Positions 10,579 through 20,552 of a DNA stretch of 59,606 bases are shown in pieces (position 1 is the stretch's first letter; each line of letters starts with the position of its first letter). The position numbers and the translations under genes were made by a program. The DNA comes from Granulicella sp. (GTDB lineage: Bacteria > Acidobacteriota > Terriglobia > Terriglobales > Acidobacteriaceae). Location of the stretch: assembly GCA_003142235.1 (NCBI GenBank), contig PLOU01000156.1, positions 1-59,606 of the forward strand. The letters are read 5' to 3'. Under the pieces are notes generated by a model. It did no database searches and was not told the origin of the DNA. It saw nothing but the letters and a program-made list of their open reading frames with translations.

Positions 10579-10855
10579 GCTGGATGCTCCTTTTATGCGC
10601 CGAATAGAAGGCACGATATGCGCGTTTTGCCGGAAATGCTGTAACAACGCGTGTCTTCACTCCACGGAGCGTAGTGATTACGATCAGAACTCGACCGGAA
10701 AGAGTCTCGCCGATCTGCATCAAACGATCCTCGCCATTGCGAGTCTGTTTCCCTATATCGAGCGGACTATTGGAAACAACCTCTTCGGCTTCGCTAGTTG
10801 TTACGTCGTGCTCGGCAATGTGGGCGATGTTCGCCTCATCCCAATCAAATGGCAT
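10556..10855 (-). CDS. BrnT-family toxin
   Basis: FDWDEANIAHIAEHDV...EAEEV...RVVTA; lower GC than flanks. Confidence 0.82.
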   Translation of the reverse strand: MPFDWDEANIAHIAEHDVTTSEAEEVVSNSPLDIGKQTRNGEDRLMQIGETLSGRVLIVITTLRGVKTRVVTAFPAKRAYRAFYSAHKRSIQHGKANPS

Positions 10856-10913
10856 TGTTCCGCTCCGTGAAAGAATATGGTCAAGTGAAAGCCGACTCAA
10901 ATGGCACAGCAGA

Positions 10914-11065
10914 AGGGTAGTTCCGAGGGTACATCTCAGGGTATTTCCGAGGGAACGACTGATTCCGATGTTGCCGAATTAGGAGTTGACTTGACGCAAG
11001 TCCTGCGCAAGGGCGGATTGGTTACTGCTGTTGGAATTGTAGCTACCCTGTAGCTACGCGTCAAG
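10914..11065. repeat. Phased short direct repeats upstream of the TA pair
   Basis: AGGGTA at 10914, 10926 and 10938, AGGGA at 10950 (12-bp period); TGTAGCTAC at 11038 and 11049. Confidence 0.6.
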
Positions 11066-11067
11066 CT

Positions 11068-11919
11068 CTACCTTAACAAATCTTCCAGCGTGGTGGAAAG
11101 GTCCGTCTTCTCGTCGCGGTATTTCACGATCACCGGCGTGTAGACGCTGAGGTTCATCTGTCTGCCGTATCCAGCGGGCACCGCGCGCGAGCCAGGAACG
11201 ACCACCGCGCCCTCGGGAATGATGAGTGGCATCTCGGCGTTCGCCTTCAGGATTGTGCGGTTGACCACATCGTAGACCGGAGTGCCCCGCGTCAGGATCG
11301 TCCCCGCCGCCAGTACCGCGCCGCGCCGCACAATCGTCCCCTCATAGACGCCCGTGTTGCCGCCCACCAGCACATCGTCCTCGATGATCACCGGCGAAGC
11401 GTTGACCGGCTCCAGCACGCCGCCGATCTGCGCCCCGGCCGACAGATGCACGCGGCGACCGATCTGCGCGCAGGAGCCCACCAGAGCGTGCGAGTCCACC
11501 ATCGTGCCCTCATCGACGTACGCCCCAACATTGATGTAGGCGGGCGGCATCATGACCACGCCACGCGCCACAAACGCCCCCGACCGCACCGAGCTGCCGC
11601 CGGGAACAATCCGCACGCCATCCTCCGGCGTGAAGCTGCGCGCCGGGTAGGTCGCCTTGTCGAGGAAGCTGAGCGCGTCGCCGCCGCTCATCTGGGTCAG
11701 CGCGCCGATGCGAAATCCCAGCAGAATGCCGCGCTTCACCCACGCATTCACCCGCCATCTGGTCGGCGCAGCCGCGTCCGGCTCCGCCGCGCGCAGAGTG
11801 CCCGCCTCCAGCGCGTTGCGCAGTTCGAGGAACGTGTCGAGCGCGTCCACATCGCTGACGGTATCGGCGCCCGCGGCAAAAGACTCTTCGATTCTGGATT
11901 CGAGGCTTGCAGTGGTCAT
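11068..11919 (-). CDS. dapD: Tetrahydrodipicolinate N-succinyltransferase
   Basis: [23 protein letters not shown] and GGVLEP motifs; hexapeptide repeats. Confidence 0.93.
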   Translation of the reverse strand: MTTASLESRIEESFAAGADTVSDVDALDTFLELRNALEAGTLRAAEPDAAAPTRWRVNAWVKRGILLGFRIGALTQMSGGDALSFLDKATYPARSFTPEDGVRIVPGGSSVRSGAFVARGVVMMPPAYINVGAYVDEGTMVDSHALVGSCAQIGRRVHLSAGAQIGGVLEPVNASPVIIEDDVLVGGNTGVYEGTIVRRGAVLAAGTILTRGTPVYDVVNRTILKANAEMPLIIPEGAVVVPGSRAVPAGYGRQMNLSVYTPVIVKYRDEKTDLSTTLEDLLR

Positions 11920-12012
11920 GGTCTGCTCCGATTGTAGCGGGAACGCGGCAATGCGGCGCATCGCAATGCAGCGGTTGCATGGAGCTGCGAGCGGCTACGG
12001 CATACGCGGGCT

Positions 12013-12915
12013 TTACGAATTAGACGCCGCGTGTGCCAACAGCCCCAGCTCGCCCAGCAGCTTCTCCAGCTTCTGTCGCGTGGCCGCCGTCACCGGAACC
12101 ATGGGCAGGCGCAGGTGGTCTTCGCCGTGGCCCAGCAGCGCCAGCACCGCCTTCACCGGCGCGGGGCTCGGCTCCGAGAAGTGCGCCTGCATCAGGCGGA
12201 AGTACCGGCGGTTGATGGCGCGCGCCTTCGCCCAGTCGCCACTCAGCGCAGCCTGCACCATCTGCGCCATCTGCGCGGGGATTGCGTTCGATGCCACCGA
12301 GACCACGCCCGCGCCGCCCAGTGCGATCACCGGCAGCGTCATCGCGTCGTCGCCGCTGAAGACCTTGAAACCCGTGGGCGCGTTGTTCAGTATCTCGGTA
12401 ATCTGCGCGATGTTGCCGCTCGACTCCTTTACGCCGATCACATTCGCAAGTTCGGCCAGCCGCAGCACCGTCGCCGGCTCCATGTTGGTGCCCGTGCGCG
12501 ACGGAATGTTGTACAGCAGAATCGGCAGCTCCACCGCCTCTGCAATGGCGCGGAAGTGCTGGAACTGGCCCTCCTGGCCGGGCCGGTTGTAGTACGGATT
12601 GGCCGTCAGAATGCCGTCCAGCCCGGGAATCTTCGCCATCTTCCGCGCGCGCGCCACGGCCTCGCTGGTGGCGTTGTGAGTGCAGCCGCCGAAGACCGGC
12701 ACGCGTCCCGCCGCGGTCTTCACTGTGATCTCAATGACGCGCGCGTTCTCGGCCTCCGTCATCGTCGAGGCTTCGCCCGTGGTGCCGCATGCGACCAGAA
12801 AGTTGACGCCCGATTCGATCTGCCAGTTCACAAGGCGGACCAGCGCAGCCTCGTCGAGCGCGCCGTCCGCGAGGAAGGGTGTTACCAGTGCTGTGCCACA
12901 ACCGGAGAGTTCCAT
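12013..12915 (-). CDS. dapA: 4-hydroxy-tetrahydrodipicolinate synthase
   Basis: TALVTPF, GTTGE, PYYN, LYNIPSRTG, GVKESSG and SGDD motifs. Confidence 0.95.
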   Translation of the reverse strand: MELSGCGTALVTPFLADGALDEAALVRLVNWQIESGVNFLVACGTTGEASTMTEAENARVIEITVKTAAGRVPVFGGCTHNATSEAVARARKMAKIPGLDGILTANPYYNRPGQEGQFQHFRAIAEAVELPILLYNIPSRTGTNMEPATVLRLAELANVIGVKESSGNIAQITEILNNAPTGFKVFSGDDAMTLPVIALGGAGVVSVASNAIPAQMAQMVQAALSGDWAKARAINRRYFRLMQAHFSEPSPAPVKAVLALLGHGEDHLRLPMVPVTAATRQKLEKLLGELGLLAHAASNS

Positions 12916-12946
12916 GATGAGTGTCAGTTTACCCCTTTCAAACGCC

Positions 12947-12992
12947 GTCATTCTGACCCTGAGCTTGTCGAAGGGTCAGAATCTCTGTATTT
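12947..12992 (+). repeat. GTCAT-family REP-like palindrome
   Basis: gtcattctgaccctgagcttgtcgaagggtcagaatctctgtattt; near-identical copies at 14929 and 33773. Confidence 0.85.
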
Positions 12993-13032
12993 TGCTTGAG
13001 GCGCAACGCTCTATACCGGCGGTGAAAATTAC

Positions 13033-14310
13033 CTACACCCATTCGCCAGCGCGCATCAGCGGCTCAGCCGCGCCGCTGGCAGTTAAGCCGTCCACGTCCA
13101 TCGTCTCCGAGCCGATCATCCAGTCCACGTGGATGAGGCTCGAGTTCGCGCCCAGCTTGGCCAGATCCTCTTCATTCATCTTTTCCCCGCCGATCAGGCA
13201 CGTCGAGTAGGCCTGCCCCAGCGCGATGTGGCTGGCAGCGTTCTCGTCGAACAGCGTGCTCCAGAACAGAATCCCCGCCGCCGCAATCGGCGACGAAGCG
13301 GGAACCATCGCCACCTCGCCCAGCCGCCGCGCGCCGTCGTCGGTGGAGATCAGCCGGTTCAGCGCCTCCTCGCCTGCGGTCGCCGAGGCCTCCACGATCC
13401 TTCCGCCCTCGAAGCGGCAGCGGATGTTCTCGATCAGCGTCCCCTGGTGCGAGAGCGGCTTCGACGCGCGCACCACGCCGTCCACGCGCTCCTTGTGCGG
13501 CGTGGTGAAGCACTCTTCGGTGGGAATATTCGGCTGGCAATAGACGCCGTTGCCCGCCGTCGTTCCTCCGCCCGCCCACAGATGCTGGTCGGCGAGGCCC
13601 ACCGTCAGATCGGTCTCGCTGTCGCGCGACTTGAAGTGCAGCGCCGCGAATCGCTTCGCATTCAGCGTGTCCACGCGCTCTTTCAGGCGCGCTCCGTGGG
13701 CCAGCCAGTCGGCCACGGGATCGTCCCCCGTAATCCGCGACGCGGTGAAGATCGCCTCCCACAGCTTCGCCATCGCCTGCTCCACCGGCTCATTGGGGAA
13801 GACCAGCTTCGCCCACTCCGGCGTGGCCGCGGCAACAATCGTCCAGTTGATCTCGTGCCGCGTGATCAGCTCCATCGCCGGCTTGGCCGCCTTTGACACG
13901 GCAATATTCGCGCGCGAGACCTTCGCCGGGTCCTCCTTCGCAAGCAGCGCCGGATTCCCGCCCGCAATCGCCATGCGCGCCGCGCCGCTCTTGAACGCCG
14001 CCAGGATCGCATCCTGTAGCCACGCGGGCGCGTAGTCGAAGCTTGCGTCCGGCGCATGTTCGTAGCGCGCCAGTACGCACGGATCGTCGCTGTAGAAGGT
14101 CGTCACCAGCAGCGCGCCCGCGCGATACGCATGTTCGGTGACTCGCCGAACCAGCGGCAGCGCCTCCGTCGGCGCGGTCAACACCAGCTCCTGCCCCGTG
14201 CGCAGGTTCAGCCCCACGCGCACCGCAACCTCGGCCAGACGGTCCAGCTTTTCATCGAAGGAGAGCGAAGCAAACGCAGCGGGCACGGAATTGGAAGCGG
14301 AAGCACTCAT
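13033..14310 (-). CDS. Aminopeptidase, M29 family (AmpS/PepS-like)
   Basis: PNIPTEECFTTP, LGEVAMV, LFDENAASHIALG and IHVDWMIG motifs. Confidence 0.92.
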   Translation of the reverse strand: MSASASNSVPAAFASLSFDEKLDRLAEVAVRVGLNLRTGQELVLTAPTEALPLVRRVTEHAYRAGALLVTTFYSDDPCVLARYEHAPDASFDYAPAWLQDAILAAFKSGAARMAIAGGNPALLAKEDPAKVSRANIAVSKAAKPAMELITRHEINWTIVAAATPEWAKLVFPNEPVEQAMAKLWEAIFTASRITGDDPVADWLAHGARLKERVDTLNAKRFAALHFKSRDSETDLTVGLADQHLWAGGGTTAGNGVYCQPNIPTEECFTTPHKERVDGVVRASKPLSHQGTLIENIRCRFEGGRIVEASATAGEEALNRLISTDDGARRLGEVAMVPASSPIAAAGILFWSTLFDENAASHIALGQAYSTCLIGGEKMNEEDLAKLGANSSLIHVDWMIGSETMDVDGLTASGAAEPLMRAGEWV

Positions 14311-14369
14311 GTCGTAAAGGCTATGGGGCAGGGAATCGAAACGCAAGTCGTAACCGATCTTCCGAACGC

Positions 14370-14870
14370 TTACTCCGGCAGACCCACGTCGCCAATCTTC
14401 CCCAGCTCCCGCTTGATCGCAAGCGAATCGAGCGAGGCCAGCGGCAGCGCCAGCATCAGAGAGATGCGCCTCTCCAGAATCGTGAACGCCTCGCGGTAGG
14501 CCCTCGCCACCTCCGCAGGCGTGCCCACCACCGCCGCCGGATCGGCCACGCCCCAATGCGCCGTCATGGGCTGCCCCGGCCATAGCGGACAGCTCTCCCG
14601 CGCCGCGTTATCGCACACCGTGAAGACGAAGTCCATCCGCGGAGCGCCGGGCGCCGCAAACTCGTCCCATGACTTGCTGCGCAACCCTTCGGTGCTCAGT
14701 CCGGCCAGATGCAACTGCCGCAACGCCTCCGGTCGCACCGCGCCCGCGGGATGGCTCCCCGAGCTGTACGCGATGAAGTTCGGTGCCCCCTTGCGGTTCA
14801 GGATTGCCTCCGCCATAATCGACCGCGCGGAGTTGCCCGTGCATAGAAACAAGACGTTATAGTGCGGCAT
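14370..14870 (-). CDS. arsC: Arsenate reductase, LMW-PTP fold (thioredoxin type)
   Basis: LFLCTGNSARS P-loop, TVCD and SCP cysteines, HWGVADP; lies next to arsM. Confidence 0.9.
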   Translation of the reverse strand: MPHYNVLFLCTGNSARSIMAEAILNRKGAPNFIAYSSGSHPAGAVRPEALRQLHLAGLSTEGLRSKSWDEFAAPGAPRMDFVFTVCDNAARESCPLWPGQPMTAHWGVADPAAVVGTPAEVARAYREAFTILERRISLMLALPLASLDSLAIKRELGKIGDVGLPE

Positions 14871-14894
14871 CAAATCTCCTCAAAGCATGAAGTC

Positions 14895-14975
14895 GTCATT
14901 CGGCCCCTGAGCGCAGCCCCCTGAAGTTGTCATTCTGACCCTGAGCTTGCGAAGGGTAAGAATCCCCGTATTTCG
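14895..14975 (+). repeat. GTCAT-family REP-like elements (one partial, one full)
   Basis: gtcattcggcccctgagc followed by gtcattctgaccctgagcttgcgaagggtaagaatccccgtatttcg. Confidence 0.8.
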
Positions 14976-15022
14976 TTCGTACCGCAACACACTACACCAT
15001 CTCCGTGAAAATACTGTTTGAC

Positions 15023-15913
15023 CTATGCGCATGCGTGAGATTTGATCGCGTAGACCTTCACGCTGGCCGCGGCCGCGTTGATGTCGTACTGCGCCAGCAG
15101 AGCTTTCAGTTCCTCATGCAACGAATCCGCCGGGCCAGCAGCGGGAGCGCAGCAGGGCTCCGCAATCACTTTCAGCGGATCGCCGCTATCCATCGCCGGC
15201 GAGCAGCAGCCCGACTGGTTCTCCACCTTGGCATACGCGTTCAAGTCCTTGCCGCTGTCCACAATCTCCACGTGCTCGAACCCGGCCGCCAGCAAGCCGT
15301 CGCGATACTCCTCAATCCGCAACGCTCCGGCGATGCACCCGACGTACGCCGCCATGCTCTGCGCAACGGCCTCCGGAAGCTCATGCTTCAGCGCAATATC
15401 GCTCACCGCAACTCGACCGCCGGGCTTCAGCACGCGCGCAATCTCGCGGAAGACGGCCGACTTGTCCGGCGCCAGATTCAGCACGCAGTTCGAGATCACA
15501 CAATCGACCGACGCATCCGGCAGCGGAATGCGGTCGATGGTGGACAGATAAAACTCGACGTTGCCATACCCTCCCGCCCGCGCATTCGCACACGCCCGCT
15601 CGATCATCGCAGGCGTCATATCGATGCCGATGGCACGGCCCTCCGGCCCCACCATCTTCGACGCCAGAAATACGTCCAGCCCGCCGCCCGAACCGAGATC
15701 GACCACCACCTCGCCCGGTTGAATGTGGGCCGTTGCCGTGGGATTCCCGCAGGAGAGCCCCATATTGGCCCCCGCCGGAATCGACCGCAACTCCTCGGCG
15801 GTATATCCGAAGGCCTCCGCCACCGCCTTCACTCCCGCGTTCTTGCTCGATAGCCCACTCTCCGCCACCGCACCATACTTCGCCCGCACCGACTCCAGGA
15901 CCTGCTCTGCCAT
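15023..15913 (-). CDS. arsM: Arsenite S-adenosylmethionine methyltransferase
   Basis: [22 protein letters not shown] and YVGCIAGA motifs; GGAGG RBS. Confidence 0.9.
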   Translation of the reverse strand: MAEQVLESVRAKYGAVAESGLSSKNAGVKAVAEAFGYTAEELRSIPAGANMGLSCGNPTATAHIQPGEVVVDLGSGGGLDVFLASKMVGPEGRAIGIDMTPAMIERACANARAGGYGNVEFYLSTIDRIPLPDASVDCVISNCVLNLAPDKSAVFREIARVLKPGGRVAVSDIALKHELPEAVAQSMAAYVGCIAGALRIEEYRDGLLAAGFEHVEIVDSGKDLNAYAKVENQSGCCSPAMDSGDPLKVIAEPCCAPAAGPADSLHEELKALLAQYDINAAAASVKVYAIKSHACA

Positions 15914-15929
15914 TCCATCGCCTCCAGAA

Positions 15930-15986
15930 AACATATCTGCTAAGGCGACTATATGACTTGCCAACATATCTGTCAAGGCGTATAAG
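15930..15986. promoter_or_regulatory. Overlapping divergent sigma70 promoters with two putative ArsR operators
   Basis: Plus strand TTGCCA(15958)-17-TATAAG(15981); minus strand TTGACA(15976)-17-TATAGT(15953); repeat aacatatctgYYaaggcg at 15930 and 15963. Confidence 0.8.
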
Positions 15987-15992
15987 TAAGCC

Positions 15993-16442
15993 ATGGCAAA
16001 GAAACCGCCGCGTTCCAATTCGTCGCTCACAAGACCAGCGCACTTCAAGGTTGAACGTTTCTTTCAGGCCCTCGGCGACTCCACCCGCCTGCGCTTGCTC
16101 AACCTCATGGGCGACCAGGAGCTGTGCGTCTGCTATTTCGTCGAAATCCTGAAGCAGGCGCAGCCCAAGATCAGCCGCCACCTGGCCTACCTGCGCCGCG
16201 CGGGAGTCGTCGAGGCGCGCCGCGAGGGCAAGTGGATGCACTACCGCATCACTCCGCCCGCGGACGCCGGCGCCGCCGAACTTCTGCGCCAGACGCTCGC
16301 CTGGCTTAAGCAGGACCGCGCCATGCAGGCAGACCGCGCCCGCCTCGGCAAGGCCTGCTGCACTCCGGCGAAGTTCACAGCCCTACAGGCAGCACCCGCG
16401 CCGTCCGCCGCCGCCCGCACCCGCAGGCGGAAGGCCCGTTAG
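15993..16442 (+). CDS. arsR: ArsR/SmtB arsenic-responsive repressor
   Basis: [27 protein letters not shown] and C-terminal ACC. Confidence 0.92.
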   Translation: MAKKPPRSNSSLTRPAHFKVERFFQALGDSTRLRLLNLMGDQELCVCYFVEILKQAQPKISRHLAYLRRAGVVEARREGKWMHYRITPPADAGAAELLRQTLAWLKQDRAMQADRARLGKACCTPAKFTALQAAPAPSAAARTRRRKAR

Positions 16443-16444
16443 CC

Positions 16445-17524
16445 ATGCCTCTCGCGCCGCACACCCAGGGCCAAAACTGCGCTCCGCTGCAGCGAAAGCA
16501 TCTCTCGTTTCTGGATCGCTTCCTCACGCTCTGGATATTTCTCGCCATGGCCGTCGGCGTTGGCTTGGGACACTTCGTGCCGCACGTCTCGGTCTTCGTC
16601 AACCGCTTCCAGAGCGGCACCACCAACATCCCCATCGCCATCGGCCTTATCGTCATGATGTTCCCGCCGCTGGCCAAGGTCCGCTACGAAAAACTCGGCG
16701 AAGTCTTCCGTAACCGCCGCGTCCTCGCTCTCTCGCTGGTGCAGAACTGGATCATCGGCCCCATTCTGATGTTCTTCCTCGCTCTCGTCTTCCTGCGCGG
16801 CGAACCGGCATACATGCGCGGCCTCATCCTCATCGGCATCGCCCGCTGCATCGCCATGGTGCTGGTCTGGAACGAGCTGGCCGAGGGAGACACGGACTAC
16901 GTCGCCGGCCTGGTCGCCCTCAACAGCATCTTTCAGGTCCTCTTTTACAGCCTCTACGCGTGGGCATTCCTCACCGTGCTGCCGCGCTGGTTCGGCCTTG
17001 CGGGAAGCGTCGTTGCCATCGGCATCGCGCAGATCGCGCGCAGCGTCGGCCTCTACCTCGGCGTCCCGTTCGCCGCCGGATTCCTCACCCGAACCATTCT
17101 CATCCGCCGCAAAGGAGAAGACTGGTACCGCGCGCGCTTCCTGCCGCGCATCGGTCCGCTCAGCCTGGTTGCGCTGCTCTTCACCATCGTGGTGATGTTC
17201 TCGCTCAAGGGTGATCTCATCGTCCGCCTGCCGCTGGAAGTGGTGCGCATCGCGCTTCCGCTGGTGCTCTACTTCCTCATCATGTTTCTGGTCAGCTTCT
17301 GGATGGGCAAGCGTCTGGGCGCGGACTACGCGCAGTCCGCCGCGCTCTCCTTCACCGCCGCGGGCAACAACTTCGAGCTGGCCATCGCCGTCTCGGTCGC
17401 CGTCTTCGGCCTCAACTCCGGCGAGGCCTTCGTCGGAGTCGTCGGCCCACTGATCGAAGTCCCCGCCCTCATCGGCCTGGTCAACGTCGCCTTCTGGATC
17501 AGAAAGCGCTCCTTCGCCAGCTAG
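16445..17524 (+). CDS. acr3: ACR3-family arsenite efflux transporter
   Basis: [31 protein letters not shown] and GPLIEVP motifs. Confidence 0.95.
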   Translation: MPLAPHTQGQNCAPLQRKHLSFLDRFLTLWIFLAMAVGVGLGHFVPHVSVFVNRFQSGTTNIPIAIGLIVMMFPPLAKVRYEKLGEVFRNRRVLALSLVQNWIIGPILMFFLALVFLRGEPAYMRGLILIGIARCIAMVLVWNELAEGDTDYVAGLVALNSIFQVLFYSLYAWAFLTVLPRWFGLAGSVVAIGIAQIARSVGLYLGVPFAAGFLTRTILIRRKGEDWYRARFLPRIGPLSLVALLFTIVVMFSLKGDLIVRLPLEVVRIALPLVLYFLIMFLVSFWMGKRLGADYAQSAALSFTAAGNNFELAIAVSVAVFGLNSGEAFVGVVGPLIEVPALIGLVNVAFWIRKRSFAS

Positions 17525-17563
17525 CCGCAGAGCCACCCTCAACTAACAACCAGCAACCCGCAA

Positions 17564-18040
17564 CTAGATCTGGCAGCTCACCATGCCGCGCTTCTCCAGG
17601 TAGCGCTGGTGGAACTCCTCGGCCTTCCAGAAGGCGCACGCCGGCATCACCTGGGTCGCGATTGGCTTGCGATAGGCGCCGGTCGCATTCAGCTCCGCGA
17701 TCTTCGCCCTCGCCTGCCAGAGCTGATCGTCCGAATGGGCAAAGATCACGCTGCGGTACTGCGAGCCCCAGTCCGGCCCCTGCCGGTTCACCTGCGTCGG
17801 ATCGTGCATGGCAAAGAACGCGTCCAGCAGCGTATCGAACGAGATGCGCGACGGATCGAAGGTCACGTCCACCACCTCCGCGTGTCCGCTGTGGTCGCTG
17901 CACACGTCCTTGTACGTCGGGTGCTCCAGGCCCCCCCCCGCGTATCCTGTCGCTGTGTCGATCACTCCCGGCATCTCTGCAAAACGGGCCTCAACGCCCC
18001 AAAAACATCCAGCTCCAAATGTTGCATGCTCAATTGCCAC
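17564..18040 (-). CDS. msrA: Peptide methionine sulfoxide reductase A
   Basis: GAGCFWGVE, HDPTQVNRQGPD and AEEFHQRY motifs; GTG start. Confidence 0.95.
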   Translation of the reverse strand: MAIEHATFGAGCFWGVEARFAEMPGVIDTATGYAGGGLEHPTYKDVCSDHSGHAEVVDVTFDPSRISFDTLLDAFFAMHDPTQVNRQGPDWGSQYRSVIFAHSDDQLWQARAKIAELNATGAYRKPIATQVMPACAFWKAEEFHQRYLEKRGMVSCQI

Positions 18041-18376
18041 TTTGTATTGCTCCTTTGCTGCCCCAATTGCTGCTCGGATGGGTGATTCTCTCGTTCGGAT
18101 GCCGGTTTTCTTCTTCTCTATCGGCCAATCTCCGCCCGGCTTTGCCCTCCGGTTCGGCGCTCCAGCTGCTGACTCTAGTTAGATGCATCCGACCCCATTT
18201 TGTCTTCCACCGCAGTATTAAAAACTGCGAGCACCATTAGGGCCGCGTGTATTTCTAGGCTCATCGACCTACTCTCGTCAAACCCTCTTTTGGGTCACTT
18301 ACCACATCGCCAACCCCACCCCGGCGCGCTGCGTCTTCAACCAGCAACCGACAACCAGCAACCTGCAATCTGCAAC

Positions 18377-19315
18377 TCACAACTGTCTTCGTTTCTTCAT
18401 TCCCGGGGCCTTCAACTGGGCAAACTCCGGCACGCGCTTCTTCGGCACCACCTTCTTGCCCTGCGCCGCGCGCTCCAGCGCCATCACCTCGCCCGGCTTT
18501 AACTCGCGGAACTCGCCCGGCGGAACGTCCAGCCGCAGCGCGCCATACCCGATCCGCCGGATCTTCTCCACATGGTGGCCAATCTCCTCGAACATCTTGC
18601 GCAACTGGCGGTTGCGTCCCTCGGTCAGCGTCACCTGGTACCAGGGATTGTCGCCTGCGCGCACCAGTTCCACCCGCGCCGGCGCGGTCACAATCCGGTC
18701 TCTTCGCCCTGCCCGCACCTCATCCAGCCGCCCGCGGTCGATCACAATCCCCCGCCGAATCTGTTCCAGCCCCGCCGCCTCCGGCACGCCGCTCACCTTC
18801 ACCAAGTAGGTCTTCTCCACGCCCGCCGCCGCCTTCGACAGCTTGTTCGCCAGCTCGCCGTCGTTGGTCATCAACAAAAGGCCCTCGGATAAATAATCCA
18901 GCCGACCCACGGGATAGAGCCTCACGCGGTCGCCATGCGGCCCGGATTTTGGCTTCATCATCAGGTCCATCACGGTCGGCCGCTTCTGCGGATCGTCGAG
19001 CGTCGTCACATAGCCGCGCGGCTTGTTCAGCATGTAGTAGCGCCGCACCTCCGGCCCCTTCAGCAGCTTGCCATCCACGCGGATGTGGTCGCGGCTGGCA
19101 TCGTGCTTCGTCCCCAACTCCATCACCACCGTGCCGTTGACCTGCACCCGCCCGGCCAGGATGATCTCCTCGGCCTTCCTCCGGCTCGCTATCCCCGCCG
19201 CCGCCAGAATCTTCTGTAGCCGCTCACCCTTGGGCTGCTCTTGCTTTTCTTGTTTGTCATTCCCGTAGGGAATCTGCTTCTGTTCTTCCGCCTGTTTGCC
19301 CATCGCCTTCGTCAT
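18377..19315 (-). CDS. rluB: rRNA pseudouridine synthase (RluB/RsuA family)
   Basis: S4 domain ERLQKILAAAGIASRR; VGRLD and EGRNRQLRKM motifs; downstream of scpB. Confidence 0.85.
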   Translation of the reverse strand: MTKAMGKQAEEQKQIPYGNDKQEKQEQPKGERLQKILAAAGIASRRKAEEIILAGRVQVNGTVVMELGTKHDASRDHIRVDGKLLKGPEVRRYYMLNKPRGYVTTLDDPQKRPTVMDLMMKPKSGPHGDRVRLYPVGRLDYLSEGLLLMTNDGELANKLSKAAAGVEKTYLVKVSGVPEAAGLEQIRRGIVIDRGRLDEVRAGRRDRIVTAPARVELVRAGDNPWYQVTLTEGRNRQLRKMFEEIGHHVEKIRRIGYGALRLDVPPGEFRELKPGEVMALERAAQGKKVVPKKRVPEFAQLKAPGMKKRRQL

Positions 19316-19398
19316 CCCTGCCTCATCCCTCTGACCGCGGACCATCTCATCGCGGTCACATCCATCTCAAGTGGCCAATGCAAACCGGCCCTACTCCA

Positions 19399-20394
19399 TT
19401 ATTGCCTACGCCACAGCTTGGCCTCGACAGCCGATGGATCGGACGCATCGTCCTCCGTCTCGGAAGTGGGCGACTCAGGCTCCTCCGGCGGCTCCGGCGT
19501 CCCGTGCTCCATCGCCATCTCCTCCTGCTCGGCCAACTGCCCTGCCATCTTCTCGAACTCCTCGATCGAGGGCAGCTCGGAGACGTCCTTCAGTCCGAAC
19601 TTCAGCAGAAACTCGCGCGTCGTCTTGTACAGGATGGGCCGCCCGATCACATGCTTGCGCCCCGCCGTCGCAATCAGCTTGCGCGCCAGCAGCGAGCCCA
19701 GCACGGCGCTGGAGTCCACGCCGCGGATCTCGGAGATCTCGGGCGCCGTCACCGGCTGCTTGTACGCCACGACGGCCAGGGTCTCCAGCGATTGCAGGGT
19801 CAGCTTCAGCGGCGGCTTCAGGGTGCGCACGAAGCCGCGCACCGCGTCGTGGTACTCCGGCTTGGTGGCAAAACGGAAGCCCCCGGCGACCTCGCGAATC
19901 TCCAACCCGTGGTCCGATTCTGGCGCCGCGTACTCGGCGATCAACTGGTCAAGCAGCACGCGAAAGTGCGCGCGCAGCCGGGCCAGGCGCGACCGCTCCG
20001 CCCGCGCCGTAGCCGCGGCAGCATCGAACGCAGAGGAGTCCGCAGCCGAGTCCGCAGCCGAACCTGTTTGCTCCGCAGTCTGCCGGTTCGGCTCCGTTGC
20101 AAGAACGCCGCTGGCCTCGTCCGCGTCCGAGTTGCCCGGCGAATCGGCAGAGTCTGGCGCGGCTGGCGAACCAGCCTCCGCGACGGGCCCTGCATTGTCC
20201 GCATCGAACTCCGGCTCCAGCGTTGGGTCTGCCTCCGCCGCTTCCGTCTCGTCCAGCGAGAGCGACTGTTGCGTCGAAACCGAGCGGTCCAGCTCGGCCT
20301 GCGCTTCATCGCCCAGCAGTCCCACCAGTTGCGCCAGCGTCACCGGCTCTTCGGAGGCATAGATTACAGCTTCGATCTTAGCTTTCAGGCTCAT
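19399..20394 (-). CDS. scpB: SMC-Scp complex subunit ScpB with a long acidic insertion
   Basis: IEAVIYASEEPV, LETLAVVAYKQPVT, IRGV and GRPILYKTTREFL motifs. Confidence 0.93.
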   Translation of the reverse strand: MSLKAKIEAVIYASEEPVTLAQLVGLLGDEAQAELDRSVSTQQSLSLDETEAAEADPTLEPEFDADNAGPVAEAGSPAAPDSADSPGNSDADEASGVLATEPNRQTAEQTGSAADSAADSSAFDAAAATARAERSRLARLRAHFRVLLDQLIAEYAAPESDHGLEIREVAGGFRFATKPEYHDAVRGFVRTLKPPLKLTLQSLETLAVVAYKQPVTAPEISEIRGVDSSAVLGSLLARKLIATAGRKHVIGRPILYKTTREFLLKFGLKDVSELPSIEEFEKMAGQLAEQEEMAMEHGTPEPPEEPESPTSETEDDASDPSAVEAKLWRRQ

Positions 20395-20552
20395 GGTTAG
20401 TGTCAGAGGCTAGCATATCAACCCAGCGGCCTGTGTGCAGAGACGAGTGGGCCGCGCACAGAAAAAACCCCGCGTCTTTCTGCTCACACTCACAGAAGGG
20501 TGTGTTCTCAATGGAAATCGGTGTTACGCAACTCCTCAGCCTCGCCTACCCT

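Noticed and set aside
14370-17524. ars cluster as a mobile genomic island
   Set aside because: GC content and skew look like the flanks; no integrase, transposase or flanking direct repeats.
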